64,000 bases of DNA from the NCBI GenBank assembly GCA_001774945.1, contig MFBL01000015.1, positions 529 to 64,528 of the forward strand, in the 5' to 3' direction. A program made the position numbers and the translations under genes. The stretch is from Candidatus Curtissbacteria bacterium RIFCSPHIGHO2_12_FULL_41_17. GTDB taxonomy: Bacteria; Patescibacteriota; Microgenomatia; Curtissbacterales; GWA2-41-24. Numbering within the stretch: the first letter of the stretch is position 1; every line of letters starts with the position of its first letter. Below are positions 20,147 to 30,700 of the stretch, piece after piece. Under the pieces are notes generated by a model. That model did no database searches, had not been told where the DNA came from, and saw nothing but the letters and a program-made list of their open reading frames with translations.

Positions 20147-20871
20147 TGGTGCAAGCAGTTTACGTTAAAGCAAAACCCAAGATTTTAGGACAAGCAAAAG
20201 ACACGAGACGGGATAGATATTTTTTTGCGCTAGTAAGTCTTATCGGGTTGTCTGCGATTATTTTTGCCGCCTGGCCCATACTGATTTGGCAAATAACAAC
20301 ACTCCCTAGATTAACAGCAGGAGTTAATAGGTTGCCGATCCCCAAAAGTGAAGTTCTTTCGGCAAAATCAACCTTGGAATCAAACGTTCAGGTTGTCAAA
20401 GATCCTGACGGTTTTTCCTATTTCGTACCGACGAATTTAGTAATAGAAGAAAAGGACAGACCAACGGAATTTTATCTTTCCATTCCCAAACTTAAAATTT
20501 TTAAGGCGAAAGTAAAGGTAGATAATCTTAATTTTTATAGCTCGCTTTCCCATTTTCCAAATTCAGCGCTTCCCGGGGAAGTAGGCAATAGCTTTATAAC
20601 AGGACATTCTGTCCTTCCTCAATTTTATGACCCAACTAATTACCTGACCATTTTTTCTAAACTTTCTGATTTAGAAATCGGAGATGATGTGATTGCCGAA
20701 CTTGGTGGAAATAAATTTCAGTATACAGTTGGCTATTCAAAAATTGTTGACCCCCATGATCTTTCAGTACTTTCTAAAATATCTCCAAATGGACGCAACT
20801 TAACATTAATGACATGCGTTCCTCCGGGAGCAAATACCAAAAGATTAGTTGTAGTGACTTCTCTCTTATGA
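20146..20871 (+). CDS. Sortase
   Basis: LSIPKL, GNSFITGHS, LTLMTCVPPG..KRLVV. Confidence 0.92.
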   Translation: MVQAVYVKAKPKILGQAKDTRRDRYFFALVSLIGLSAIIFAAWPILIWQITTLPRLTAGVNRLPIPKSEVLSAKSTLESNVQVVKDPDGFSYFVPTNLVIEEKDRPTEFYLSIPKLKIFKAKVKVDNLNFYSSLSHFPNSALPGEVGNSFITGHSVLPQFYDPTNYLTIFSKLSDLEIGDDVIAELGGNKFQYTVGYSKIVDPHDLSVLSKISPNGRNLTLMTCVPPGANTKRLVVVTSLL

Positions 20872-21257
20872 GATTTATTGGTATTGATTTAGGAAGAAGG
20901 TCAACAGGAATTGCGGTCTCGGAGGGTAAGTTTGCACAGCCGTACACAACAATAACTCATGCAAATACTAAAGAGGCACAAGAAAAGGTTGCCAAATTAA
21001 TTAAAAGTCTAAATGGTCAAAAAGTGGTAATTGGTTATGTTGAGGGCAAAATCGCCAAATTATTTGGGAATTTTGCAAGTGGCCTTAAGAAGAAAATGCC
21101 CAATATCGATATAATTTTGCACGATGAAACATTAACCTCTAGACAAGCGCAAGATACTATGATTAAACTTGGAATCGGTAAATTTCGCCGAAGAAAAAAA
21201 GAACATGAAATAGCTGCTGCAATTATTCTGCAAAGCTATTTACAAAGTAATGATTAA
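20868..21257 (+). CDS. yqgF: YqgF/RuvX family nuclease
   Basis: IGIDLGRRSTGIAVS, DETLTS, AAAIILQSYL. Confidence 0.9.
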   Translation: MRFIGIDLGRRSTGIAVSEGKFAQPYTTITHANTKEAQEKVAKLIKSLNGQKVVIGYVEGKIAKLFGNFASGLKKKMPNIDIILHDETLTSRQAQDTMIKLGIGKFRRRKKEHEIAAAIILQSYLQSND

Positions 21258-21456
21258 AAGACTTCTTGCTCCAGTTCAGGCTTGGATACTCCTGCAGGGT
21301 AAATGCCCGGGCTGTGGTAAACATTTATCATTAGGTCGAAAGTTTGAAAGATCAGACAATAGCCAAAAAATTATTTGTTCCTGCGGAAGGATTTATATTT
21401 TTGACAAACGCAAAGGAAAATATAGAAGAGCGGCTTTTACGGAGGCAGGAAATTGA
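21250..21456 (+). CDS. Small Zn-ribbon protein
   Basis: CPGC...CSC, overlaps both neighbours. Confidence 0.7.
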   Translation: MIKRLLAPVQAWILLQGKCPGCGKHLSLGRKFERSDNSQKIICSCGRIYIFDKRKGKYRRAAFTEAGN

Positions 21457-22445
21457 TCAAAAAAAGATTTTTCGCATTTGCGATACTTTTTGTTTTATTA
21501 ATTATCGCGCCAATAGCACTTAGCCAGTATTACAATTATCTGCTTAAATCGAAATCGCAGGACCAAACACCTAAAATTTTTGTAGTCACACCCGGCCAGC
21601 CAGTTTCACAAATAGCTAAAAATTTACAAGAAGAAGGATTGGTTAAGAACGCTTTTGCCTTCAGATTACTAGTTTCGCAAATGGGAATTGGTAAGAATAT
21701 TCAGGCTGGCGATTTTAGGCTATCGAGCAGTCTTTCTTCAAGAGAAATTGCCACTCTTTTAACGCATGGGGCAATTGACGTTTGGGTGACAATTCCCGAA
21801 GGTATGAGGGTCGAGGAACAGGCTCAAAAAATTGAACAAGTTTTAAAATTCGGCTCAAATGACAAATACCAGTTTGATAAAAGCAAGTACATAAAAACAG
21901 CCGAAGAAGGGTATATGTTTCCCGATACTTACCTGATTCCCAAAGATGCAACTGCCCATGATGTAGCTGCCAAGCTCAAGAATACTTTTGATCAAAAAGT
22001 TCCAATAGCTGTTCTTGACAAAGGAACTGAAATTAATTTGACACCAAAAGAGGTCGTCATTTTAGCATCTTTGGTTGAAAGGGAAGCAAAAAATAATGAG
22101 GAAAGGCAACTGATTGCCGGCGTACTTGTCAATAGACTGAAAGCAGGTATTGCTCTTCAGGTTGATGCTACTGTCCAGTACGCCAAAGGTTATGATAGCG
22201 CCAAAAACACATGGTGGCCTTTTATAAATTCGAGTGATTACCAAACTGTTCAATCTCCCTACAATACCTATCTTTTCGCAGGTTTACCGCCTTTGCCAAT
22301 TGCCAGTCCGGGTTTGGAGTCAATTAGGGCTGCAGCAAATCCTGCTCAAACAGAATATTTTTATTATCTCCATGATAGTGACGGCAATATCCACTTTGCA
22401 AAAACAATAGAAGAACATAATCAAAATATCCAAAAGTTTCTCTAA
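21453..22445 (+). CDS. mltG: Endolytic transglycosylase MltG
   Basis: TIPEG, EGYMFPDTY, ASLVERE, LQVDATVQY, SPYNTY..GLPP.PI. Confidence 0.95.
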   Translation: MIKKRFFAFAILFVLLIIAPIALSQYYNYLLKSKSQDQTPKIFVVTPGQPVSQIAKNLQEEGLVKNAFAFRLLVSQMGIGKNIQAGDFRLSSSLSSREIATLLTHGAIDVWVTIPEGMRVEEQAQKIEQVLKFGSNDKYQFDKSKYIKTAEEGYMFPDTYLIPKDATAHDVAAKLKNTFDQKVPIAVLDKGTEINLTPKEVVILASLVEREAKNNEERQLIAGVLVNRLKAGIALQVDATVQYAKGYDSAKNTWWPFINSSDYQTVQSPYNTYLFAGLPPLPIASPGLESIRAAANPAQTEYFYYLHDSDGNIHFAKTIEEHNQNIQKFL

Positions 22446-22760
22446 GCAGTCCGAATCCCGAAGGTCCTAAGGAACACAGTGACGAAGGGCGCCCCAAACC
22501 TCCCTAATCTTGCCACCATCTCTTTCTCCCAGCTAATCCACTTCTGGAGTGGATGTAACAGAATAAACTGCTATTTTGGATTGCAAGTCATATCCTTCGA
22601 GGACTATTCCCGAGATACGAGATATAAATCCAATGACCTTAAAAACCCGGTAGATTATCTAATTACGAGAGGGGGAATGTCTAAAATGACTATACTCTAT
22701 ACAAAAACTTGATTTTTGCTCCCTTTTATGCTACAAGTTTACATCCGAAAAGGAAGCTGA

Positions 22761-23264
22761 ATGCCGGAACTAAAAGGTACGACATTTACTGCAGAAGAAA
22801 GCAGAGGCGTTGCTCTTGAAGCCCTGGCTAAAGCAGAGGCCATATCTTTAAGTGGAGAACCTGATAGAGCACAAGGTGAATACGAAGATATAATACGGTT
22901 TTGTGAAGACAATCGAATTACAGCAACCCATCCTTATTTGAAAGCAGTATTTAATTTGGCCGGTCTTTTTGTAAGCGGAGGGAGATTAGAAGAAGCAAGG
23001 GATTTGCTTCATGGTAAAGGCAAGATTGAACCGGTATTGGGAGAACAGTTTGAACTTCACGAAACCTTAGGTAAAATCGAGCAAGGACTTGGCAATATGG
23101 AAGCCGCAAAATCTTCTTATCGAAAGGCAATTGATCTTGGGAAACAAAAGGGAAGGAGCCTTTCCTCGGTTGTTTTGCCACTTTGTGATATCTTAAGCCA
23201 AGAAGAAGAATTTGAAGAAGCCTATTTGGCGCTCCGAAATAACTTACCTTATATATCTGAATAA
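22761..23264 (+). CDS. TPR-like repeat protein
   Basis: NLAGLF..GRLEEA, LGKIEQGLGNMEAAKSSYRKAI; AAGGAAG upstream. Confidence 0.75.
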   Translation: MPELKGTTFTAEESRGVALEALAKAEAISLSGEPDRAQGEYEDIIRFCEDNRITATHPYLKAVFNLAGLFVSGGRLEEARDLLHGKGKIEPVLGEQFELHETLGKIEQGLGNMEAAKSSYRKAIDLGKQKGRSLSSVVLPLCDILSQEEEFEEAYLALRNNLPYISE

Positions 23265-23403
23265 GTTTCAATCCCCTCCTGATTTTTGGACAATTATTGA
23301 ACCTAATTTTCCTGGTTCCAATTGAACTTCAATTTAAATGACTCTGTGTTCAAAAATCACCCCGTAGTTTGATTTTTTAGCTTCGAGTAGTATAATTCTC
23401 CCT

Positions 23404-23712
23404 ATGTCTGAACAAGAACCAATAGAATACAAATCTAAAGAGTTTGAGATATTAGGAGAGCGTTTTACCGGTGTTTGCGATAGCTACGGCTTAGAACCCA
23501 GGCATTCAGCACTAATTGATGCTGTTTTGACTGAATTTTCAGGCAGGCCAGCAGAAATTGTCGGGAAACTGAATGCTTTGGTAGAAAAAATTGGCGATGA
23601 TCCACAGAAGAAGGATATTGCTGCTGCCTTGGTTGAGATTAGTCATGCTTACATAGAAAGACACCCTATTTCTCCGATGGGAAGGTTCGCCAGACGTTCG
23701 GGTTCAAATTAA
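23404..23712 (+). CDS. Hypothetical protein
   Basis: 102 aa ORF preceded by TTGATT-16-TATAAT. Confidence 0.65.
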   Translation: MSEQEPIEYKSKEFEILGERFTGVCDSYGLEPRHSALIDAVLTEFSGRPAEIVGKLNALVEKIGDDPQKKDIAAALVEISHAYIERHPISPMGRFARRSGSN

Positions 23713-23817
23713 AGAGAATGTTTTGTCCGACAAGCGCCCCGTCACAAAAACACCGGCTCAAACTCTTCTTCCGTTTCTAGAAAATACGTCCGAAGTGAGC
23801 TAATATTCGGGAGCCAA

Positions 23818-24390
23818 ATGAAATTAGATCAAAAAAGCAGATTAAAACAGCTTCAAGATGCCTCAGAACTTTTATCTGATTCCCTCGAAAAGATTGAGTC
23901 TGGTGATTCTAAGTACTTAGTTGTTTTAGGCACTCAGTTGAGAGCGTTAATTTGCACAGGGGGGAGAACCTTTAACCCACTCCTGTTAGATCTTTCCGAG
24001 GAACTGAATAAACCAATAGAATGTTTTGGACCACCAGACAAAAATCCCAATGACCCTTTGTTTAATGGCTTAGTTTTAGGTTTTCCTGGGCGATTAATTG
24101 GCTTCGAGCCATATTCTCCGGCTCAACGAAAATATCTATTAAAGGATTGGTTAAATGCTAATGTTTTAGTGGTAGGTGGTTTATTCTATACTCCAAACGA
24201 AGTTCTGAGATCATTTGCTGATAAAGAAGCCAGTCATTACGATCCTAAGTCAGACTCCAGGATGGATAAGCTTAGGGGTATCATACATCACAACTATTTC
24301 CAGGGAAGAAACATAAACGAGATAGATAGATTTCTTATTCAAACAGCAGAATTTGTAGTTGGAAGCACAAAGGAATTACTAACACTCTAA
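23818..24390 (+). CDS. Hypothetical protein (accessory)
   Basis: 190 aa ORF with GGGAG RBS. Confidence 0.7.
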   Translation: MKLDQKSRLKQLQDASELLSDSLEKIESGDSKYLVVLGTQLRALICTGGRTFNPLLLDLSEELNKPIECFGPPDKNPNDPLFNGLVLGFPGRLIGFEPYSPAQRKYLLKDWLNANVLVVGGLFYTPNEVLRSFADKEASHYDPKSDSRMDKLRGIIHHNYFQGRNINEIDRFLIQTAEFVVGSTKELLTL

Positions 24391-24592
24391 TAATAGGTTC
24401 GATGTTGTCTATTAGGTAGAGCTAAGTTGTTCTTAATATAACCTCAAATTTCAGCAAAAAGAGGGTGTGCCAAGCTAGGTCACATTGAAGGTGGTTTAGA
24501 TGGTTTAGAGGTTTAGAGTTTTTTTATGATGGCTGCAAATTATAAAGTGTAGTTCGAAAATCGTCTTGTTGCTATAATTACACATAATTGAT

Positions 24593-25282
24593 ATGCAACT
24601 TAAGGTTTTGTCTTGGAACATCTGGATAAAAGGGTACTTTGACCAAATTGCGGATTTTTTGAAAGGTTCAGGGGCAGACATTATTGGTTTACAGGAAGTA
24701 TCGCCCGATGATCCTACAAGAGATGTTGTAGATTTTCTTGACAAGTTAGGTTATCAACATGCTTTTGCTCCGTTTAAACATACTTGGAGAGGCAAAGTAT
24801 TTAACGACGGCCCGGCGATCTTTAGTAAATACAAAATTCGCAAAACCCAAACTTATATATTATCTAAGAAAAATGGCAGGGTTGCGGTCAGAGCTGACAT
24901 TCTGGTCGGTGAGGAAACATTACACGTATTTAGCACCCACCTTATCCATACCCATCAGAAGCCATCTAAAGTGCAAGATGAGCAAGCAATGACTCTTATC
25001 AGTAAGTTGCCGAAAGAGCATGTCATTGTAATAGGAGATTTTAATGCTACAGGGGAAAGCTCAGTCATTAAGAATATGCGAAAAGTTCTTTTAGACTGCG
25101 ATCCGGCTTCTAAACCAACTTGGAGCATGTATAAAGAGGGATGTTTGGTATGTTACCCCGGCGGAGTGAAAATTCGCCTCGATTACATCTTTACTACGAA
25201 AGATATTAAGGCAAATTCATTCAAAGTTGAAGATTCAAAAGCTTCTGATCATTTGCCCATTTCAGTTATGATTGAGGTATAA
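24593..25282 (+). CDS. Endonuclease/exonuclease/phosphatase (EEP) family protein
   Basis: SWNI, GLQEV, GDFN, RLDYIF, SDHLP. Confidence 0.92.
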   Translation: MQLKVLSWNIWIKGYFDQIADFLKGSGADIIGLQEVSPDDPTRDVVDFLDKLGYQHAFAPFKHTWRGKVFNDGPAIFSKYKIRKTQTYILSKKNGRVAVRADILVGEETLHVFSTHLIHTHQKPSKVQDEQAMTLISKLPKEHVIVIGDFNATGESSVIKNMRKVLLDCDPASKPTWSMYKEGCLVCYPGGVKIRLDYIFTTKDIKANSFKVEDSKASDHLPISVMIEV

Positions 25283-25430
25283 AACAAGTTCTAACTTCGT
25301 CGCGTCGTCCTCGAAACTTTAGCGAAGCGGACCACGAGGCGGAACTTAGTAGTTCTTACTCGAACCCCGCAGATGGTATAATTTCTTCAAAATATAATAT
25401 CTTGTAATTTGTATTACATTGTAATATAAT

Positions 25431-25718
25431 ATGACTCGAATAGTAATTAAGGAACTAATTTGGAATAAGCGGAACCTTGAGCATATCAAGAAGCATAATG
25501 TCACCGTTGATGAGGTAGAAAGTATAGCTAGAAAAATAGTAGTTCACAAAAAAGCCAAGCAAGGAAGATACTCAATTGTTGGTAGAGTTGGTTCAAGAAT
25601 TATAACAGTGATTATTAACAGAATCGGGCCAGGGATTTATTATCCAGTGACAGCAAGAGATGCAGCTAAGAAAGAAAGGAAGCGCATATATGAAAAAGAA
25701 AAAAAGCAAATTTCCTGA
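25431..25718 (+). CDS. BrnT-like toxin
   Basis: W..RNLEHIKKHNV, GR..., PVTARDA.KKER. Confidence 0.85.
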   Translation: MTRIVIKELIWNKRNLEHIKKHNVTVDEVESIARKIVVHKKAKQGRYSIVGRVGSRIITVIINRIGPGIYYPVTARDAAKKERKRIYEKEKKQIS

Positions 25719-25971
25719 TTTTAATAAGATGACATATGAAAAAGAGGCAAAGTGGTGGGATACCCACGATTTGGGAGACTATTGGGACGAAATGGAGGAT
25801 GTTGAGATAGTGTTCGATCTCAAAAAGCCTCGCGATGAGACTCTTATTGTGCGTCTTCAAAAAGAACTCAAGGATAGACTAGAACGTGTAGCAAGAAGTC
25901 GAGGGTTAAACATGTCCACCCTAGCCCGCATGTGGCTGATTGAGAAACTTCGTCAGACTCAATCCAAATAA
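25690..25971 (+). CDS. CopG/BrnA-like antitoxin (RHH)
   Basis: EAKWWDTHDL.DY, LIVRL..L...LER.A..RGL.MSTL.RMW; overlaps toxin. Confidence 0.85.
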   Translation: MKKKKSKFPDFNKMTYEKEAKWWDTHDLGDYWDEMEDVEIVFDLKKPRDETLIVRLQKELKDRLERVARSRGLNMSTLARMWLIEKLRQTQSK

Positions 25972-25977
25972 GCAGAG

Positions 25978-26009
25978 CTTGCGGTCCTTGATTAAAGTCT
26001 GTGGGCCTA
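25978..26009 (+). repeat. Family A hairpin element
   Basis: CTTGC GGTCC TT GAT TAAA GTC TGT GGGCC TA. Confidence 0.7.
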
Positions 26010-26135
26010 AAGTTCGAAAATCGTCGTTCGTCTTCGTAGCTTCCAGCGGAGTGGACCCAAACTATAGAAACTACTGATAGGCTAAGAACTTAGTTATTAG
26101 TTATAGGAATTCATTTTCAAAGATAGTATTATTAA

Positions 26136-27239
26136 TTGAATATCCCAGTGAATAAAATACTCCAAATCGGTCCACCCTTTATTATTATCGCCGCACTACT
26201 TTGGAGTCTTGACGGACTTTTAAGAAGAAGCCTTTTTGTGTTACCCCCGGCTCTTATTGTGTTTTGGGAACATGTTTTAGGTGCAGTTATATTAATACCA
26301 TTTGTCCTTTTTTTAGGTCTGAAACTAGGCAAAATGACCAAGAAAGAATGGCTGGCAATTGTTTTTGTAAGCCTTTTCTCTGGAGCCCTCGGAACTATTT
26401 TTTATACGGCGGCTCTTGGTAAAGTTAATTATATCCAGTTTTCGGTTGTAGCTATGCTGCAGCAGCTTCAGCCAATCTGGACCATTACAACCGCAGCTAT
26501 TATCCTAAAAGAAAAATTGACAGGCAATTTTTTAAGGTGGGCAGCATTGGCACTTATTGCTTCTTATTTTGTTACCTTTAGGGATTTAAAAGTTAATCTT
26601 GAAAGCGGCAGCCAAACAATAGTTGCTGCAGGATTTGCTCTTGCGGCTGGGATGATGTGGGGTTCATCAACCGCATTTTCCAAAGTGGTCTTAAAGCAAG
26701 TTTCGTTTATAACGGCCACTTTTTTAAGGTTTATGGCATTGGCACTTATTGCTTCTTATTTTGTTACCTTTAGGGATTTAAAAGTTAATCTTGAAAGCGG
26801 CAGCCAAACAATAGTTGCTGCAGGATTTGCTCTTGCGGCTGGGATGATGTGGGGTTCATCAACCGCATTTTCCAAAGTGGTCTTAAAGCAAGTTTCGTTT
26901 ATAACGGCCACTTTTTTAAGGTTTATGATAGCACCTATATTTGCCCTGCTTTTTTTAGTTGGTTCAAATAAGGGCAGCAGTCTTTTTGCAATCACATTGC
27001 CTCAGGCATTTACACTGCTTGTTATTACTCTCACAACCGGAATGGTTGCTCTTCTTATTTATTATTTTGGCTTAAAAAAAACACCGGCTAGAGTTAGCAC
27101 AATTTTAGAACTTGTCTGGCCTGCTTCGGCAATTTTTATTGACTATGTTTATTTCAAAAAAACTTTATCGACGACTCAGCTGTTGGGGGTTTTTGTATTA
27201 CTTTTTGCAATTTACCAAGTGTCTAAATTCAAAAAGTGA
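26136..27239 (+). CDS. EamA/DMT transporter with internal 64-aa tandem duplication
   Basis: Multi-TM, LQPIW..AAIILKEK, YYFGLKKT.A. Confidence 0.9.
   Translation: MNIPVNKILQIGPPFIIIAALLWSLDGLLRRSLFVLPPALIVFWEHVLGAVILIPFVLFLGLKLGKMTKKEWLAIVFVSLFSGALGTIFYTAALGKVNYIQFSVVAMLQQLQPIWTITTAAIILKEKLTGNFLRWAALALIASYFVTFRDLKVNLESGSQTIVAAGFALAAGMMWGSSTAFSKVVLKQVSFITATFLRFMALALIASYFVTFRDLKVNLESGSQTIVAAGFALAAGMMWGSSTAFSKVVLKQVSFITATFLRFMIAPIFALLFLVGSNKGSSLFAITLPQAFTLLVITLTTGMVALLIYYFGLKKTPARVSTILELVWPASAIFIDYVYFKKTLSTTQLLGVFVLLFAIYQVSKFKK
26544..26927 (+). repeat. Exact 192-bp tandem duplication
   Basis: 26544-26735 equals 26736-26927. Confidence 0.95.
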
Positions 27240-27619
27240 TAAATAGGTGGTTTAGGGAGAAAGTAGTAAAAGGAGACGGCTCCGGTAAAAAAATCGGTTT
27301 TCCAACCTTAAACCTTGATAAGCAAAAGCTCGAAGGGAAAATTAAAGAGGGAATTTATGCCTGCTTGGTTCGTTATAAAAAAAAAGTTTATCCAGGTGTT
27401 CTTTTTTATGGCCCCAGATTGGTCAAGCGAGAATCTCATAATGTCTTGGAAATATATGTAATTGATTTCGATAAGAACATATACGGTCGCAAGATTGAGT
27501 ATAAGGTCAAAAATTTTATACGCAAGGTTAAAAACTTTAAGGGCACAAAAGAACTAAGGGAGGAAATTGCCAAAGACGTTGCCAAAACCTTGAAGTTGTT
27601 GACAAATACTAAAGTCTGA
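27236..27619 (+). CDS. Stand-alone riboflavin kinase domain
   Basis: VVKGDGSGKKIGFPTLNL, GIYA, LEIYVIDF..IYG. Confidence 0.9.
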   Translation: MINRWFREKVVKGDGSGKKIGFPTLNLDKQKLEGKIKEGIYACLVRYKKKVYPGVLFYGPRLVKRESHNVLEIYVIDFDKNIYGRKIEYKVKNFIRKVKNFKGTKELREEIAKDVAKTLKLLTNTKV

Positions 27620-27627
27620 TATAAAAT
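27599..27627 (+). promoter_or_regulatory. Sigma70 promoter for rpoB
   Basis: TTGACA-17 bp-TAAAAT. Confidence 0.65.
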
Positions 27628-27786
27628 CTAAAAAGATACATCCCTAATAGGGGGTACTTTTTGTACCTTCTTATTTTTGTTGTGTCAAGTTTATATTCCT
27701 GTGGATCATCCCAAGACAAATTAGCATATTCGGTTGCATTCGTATTTTCTTAGGGCCTGATCCTCAAAATTAGAAAGAAAACACCA

Positions 27787-30700
27787 GTGGCAAAACGAAT
27801 TTTTTGGGGCCAGCACAAAAATATCGATTTACCCCATCTTGATTTAGTCCAAGTTCAGAGGGAATCTTTTCAAGATTTTCTTGAGAACGGAATTAAAGAG
27901 ATACTGGAAGAAATTTCGCCAGTTTCTGATTTTACAGAAAAGAATTTCTCCCTCTCATTTGGTCAGTATAGCTTTGGTAAATCCAAATATACTCCAGAGG
28001 AAGCCATTGAAAAAGGAGTAACCTATGATGTTCCTCTAAAAATCCAAGCAGAAGTTGTTAATAAACAAACCGGAGCCAAAAACTCTCAGGAAGTTTTTTT
28101 GTGTGATCTTCCTTTAATGCTTGAAAAGGGCTCTTTTATTATTAATGGAATAGAAAGAGCAGTAGTCAGTCAGCTGGTGCGGGCACCGGGTGCTTATTAT
28201 TCTGCGGAAATTGATCCTTCGACTGGAAAAGTTCTTTACAGTTGTGAGATTAGACCATTGAGAGGTTCCTGGCTCGAATTTGCCATCACAAAAAATGACA
28301 TCATAACCGTTAAAATCGATAGACGCAGAAAATTTCCTGTTACTACTTTCTTGCGAGCAATCGGGTTTTCAGATGATCAATCAATCGAGAGTCTTTTTGC
28401 CTTTGTCACAGATGAAACAGCAAAAGAATTTCTTAAAAATACTTTTAGCAAAGACCCGACAAGCAATCAACAGGAAGCACTATTGGAAATTTATCGAAGG
28501 ATGCGTCCCGGGGATCATGTAATTTTGGATAATGCTAAATCGTTGATTGAAAATATGTTTTTCAATGATCGTAGATATTCCCTTGGAAAAGTAGGCAGAT
28601 ACAAAATTGAAAAGCGTCTCGGTCATATCAAAGGAAAGATAAAGTATGCTAAAGAAGAAACTGCCGCAAGCCAGATTTTAACTCCATCAGATTTTGTTGC
28701 CGCAATCTACTATTTGTTTGAACTAATATCGGGTAAAGGCAGGGTAGATGACATCGACCATTTAGGCAATAGAAGAGTAAGAAGAGTTGGAGAATTAGTA
28801 GCGCAGAATGCTTTTAGAGTCGGAATTTTAAGACTTGAAAGGGTTATCAAAGAAAGAATGAGTTTAACCCCGACTGATACCGTACCTGCGCCTGCATCAC
28901 TTATCAATGCCAGACCAATTATTTCGGCAATCAACGAGTTTTTCCGATCTTCGCAACTCTCCACAATACTAGACCAAACTAATTCTCTTTCGGAACTGGA
29001 CAATTTGAGGCGCTTGACAGTCATGGGCACCGGAGGTATCGCCAGAGAGCGTGCTGCTTTTTCTATTCGCGACATTAATCATTCCCAGTATTCAAGAATC
29101 TGCCCTATTCGCTCACCGGAAGGACCAAATATTGGTTTAGTTACTTATTTGGCACTGTACTGCAAAGTTAATGAATATGGTTTTTTGGAAGCACCTTACA
29201 GAAAAGTAATTCAGGACAAAAACGATAAAGCTAAGGTTTCTGATGAAATCGTCTATCTTGCTGCCGACGATGAAGAAAATTACTACATAACTCATGCTCA
29301 AATTCCCGTAGACGATAAAGGTTATATTTTAGATGAAGTCGTACCTGTCCGGTACATAGGGGAGTTTACAACTGCTCATAAAAGTATGGTTAATTTTATC
29401 GATGTAGTTCCAAGACAGGTCGTTGGAACATCGGCTTCCCTTATACCGTTTTTGGCCCACGATGAAGCAAATCGTGCCCTAATGGGAACCCATATGCAGT
29501 GTCAGGCAGTTCCACTTTTGACACCCGAAGAACCAATTGTCGGTACAGGAATGGAAGAAGTTGTCGGTAATAATTTAAAGGATGTAACTCGGGCTCAAAC
29601 AGAAGGGAAAGTAATTTATGTGGATAGTAAAAAAATCATTATCAAGACTAAAACCAAGGATGGATCGGCTCACGAACTTACAATTCCAATTAATAAATTC
29701 ACTAGGTCCCCTCAAAGCACATGCCATTCACAAAGGCCCAAAGTTTTAACAGGACAGGCTGTTAAAAAGGGGGACATTTTAGTCGATGGTTCATCCACCG
29801 ATGATGGCGAACTAGCTCTTGGTAGAAACTTACTAATTGCTTATATGAGTTTTGACGGACTTGGTTATGAGGACGCAATTGTAATTTCTGACAGATTATT
29901 CAAAGAAGACGTATTAACCTCTATTCATATAGAGGAATACGATACATCTGTTGTTGAGACAAAACTCGGACCGGAAGAAACTACAAGAGATATCCCGAAC
30001 GTATCAGAAGAGGATTTGGCAAGTCTTGATGAAGAGGGAATTGTTGTGGTTGGCGCAGGGGTAGGACCTAATGATATTCTTGTTGGCAAAATTGCCCCAA
30101 AAGGTGAAACAGAACTTAGCGCAGAAGAAAGACTCCTAAGAACCATTTTTGGCGAGAAGGCAAGGGAAGTAAGGGATACATCACTGCGAATGCCTCATGG
30201 TGAAAAAGGCACGGTTATAGATGTAAAAATTTTATCCCGCGACAAGGGAGATGAGTTAGAACATGGAGCGTTGACTAAAATTTTCGTGAAGGTTGCCCAA
30301 GTTAGAAAAGTTGTTGTTGGTGACAAGCTGGCTGGTCGACATGGAAACAAGGGAGTCATTTCTAAAATTGTATCATCTGCCGATATGCCTTATCTTCCGG
30401 ATGGTACTCCTGTTGATATCATAATTAGCCCGCTTTCCGTATTATCACGTATGAATTTGGGGCAGCTCTTGGAAACTCATCTTGGCTGGGCTGCACACAA
30501 ACTTGATTACAAAATCGCCTTACCAGTATTTGAAAGCGGTTCAGAGACTCGAATTGTCGAAGAACTTAAAAAAGCAAACCTTCCGGTTGACGGACGTACT
30601 AACCTTTACGACGGAAGAACCGGATTACCTTTTGATAGACCGATTGTCGTTGGCTACGGTTATATTATGAAGTTAATTCATATGGTCGAAGATAAAACTC

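Noticed and set aside
22479..22712. 77-aa ORF after mltG
   Set aside because: No motif or RBS; overlaps scar-like sequence.
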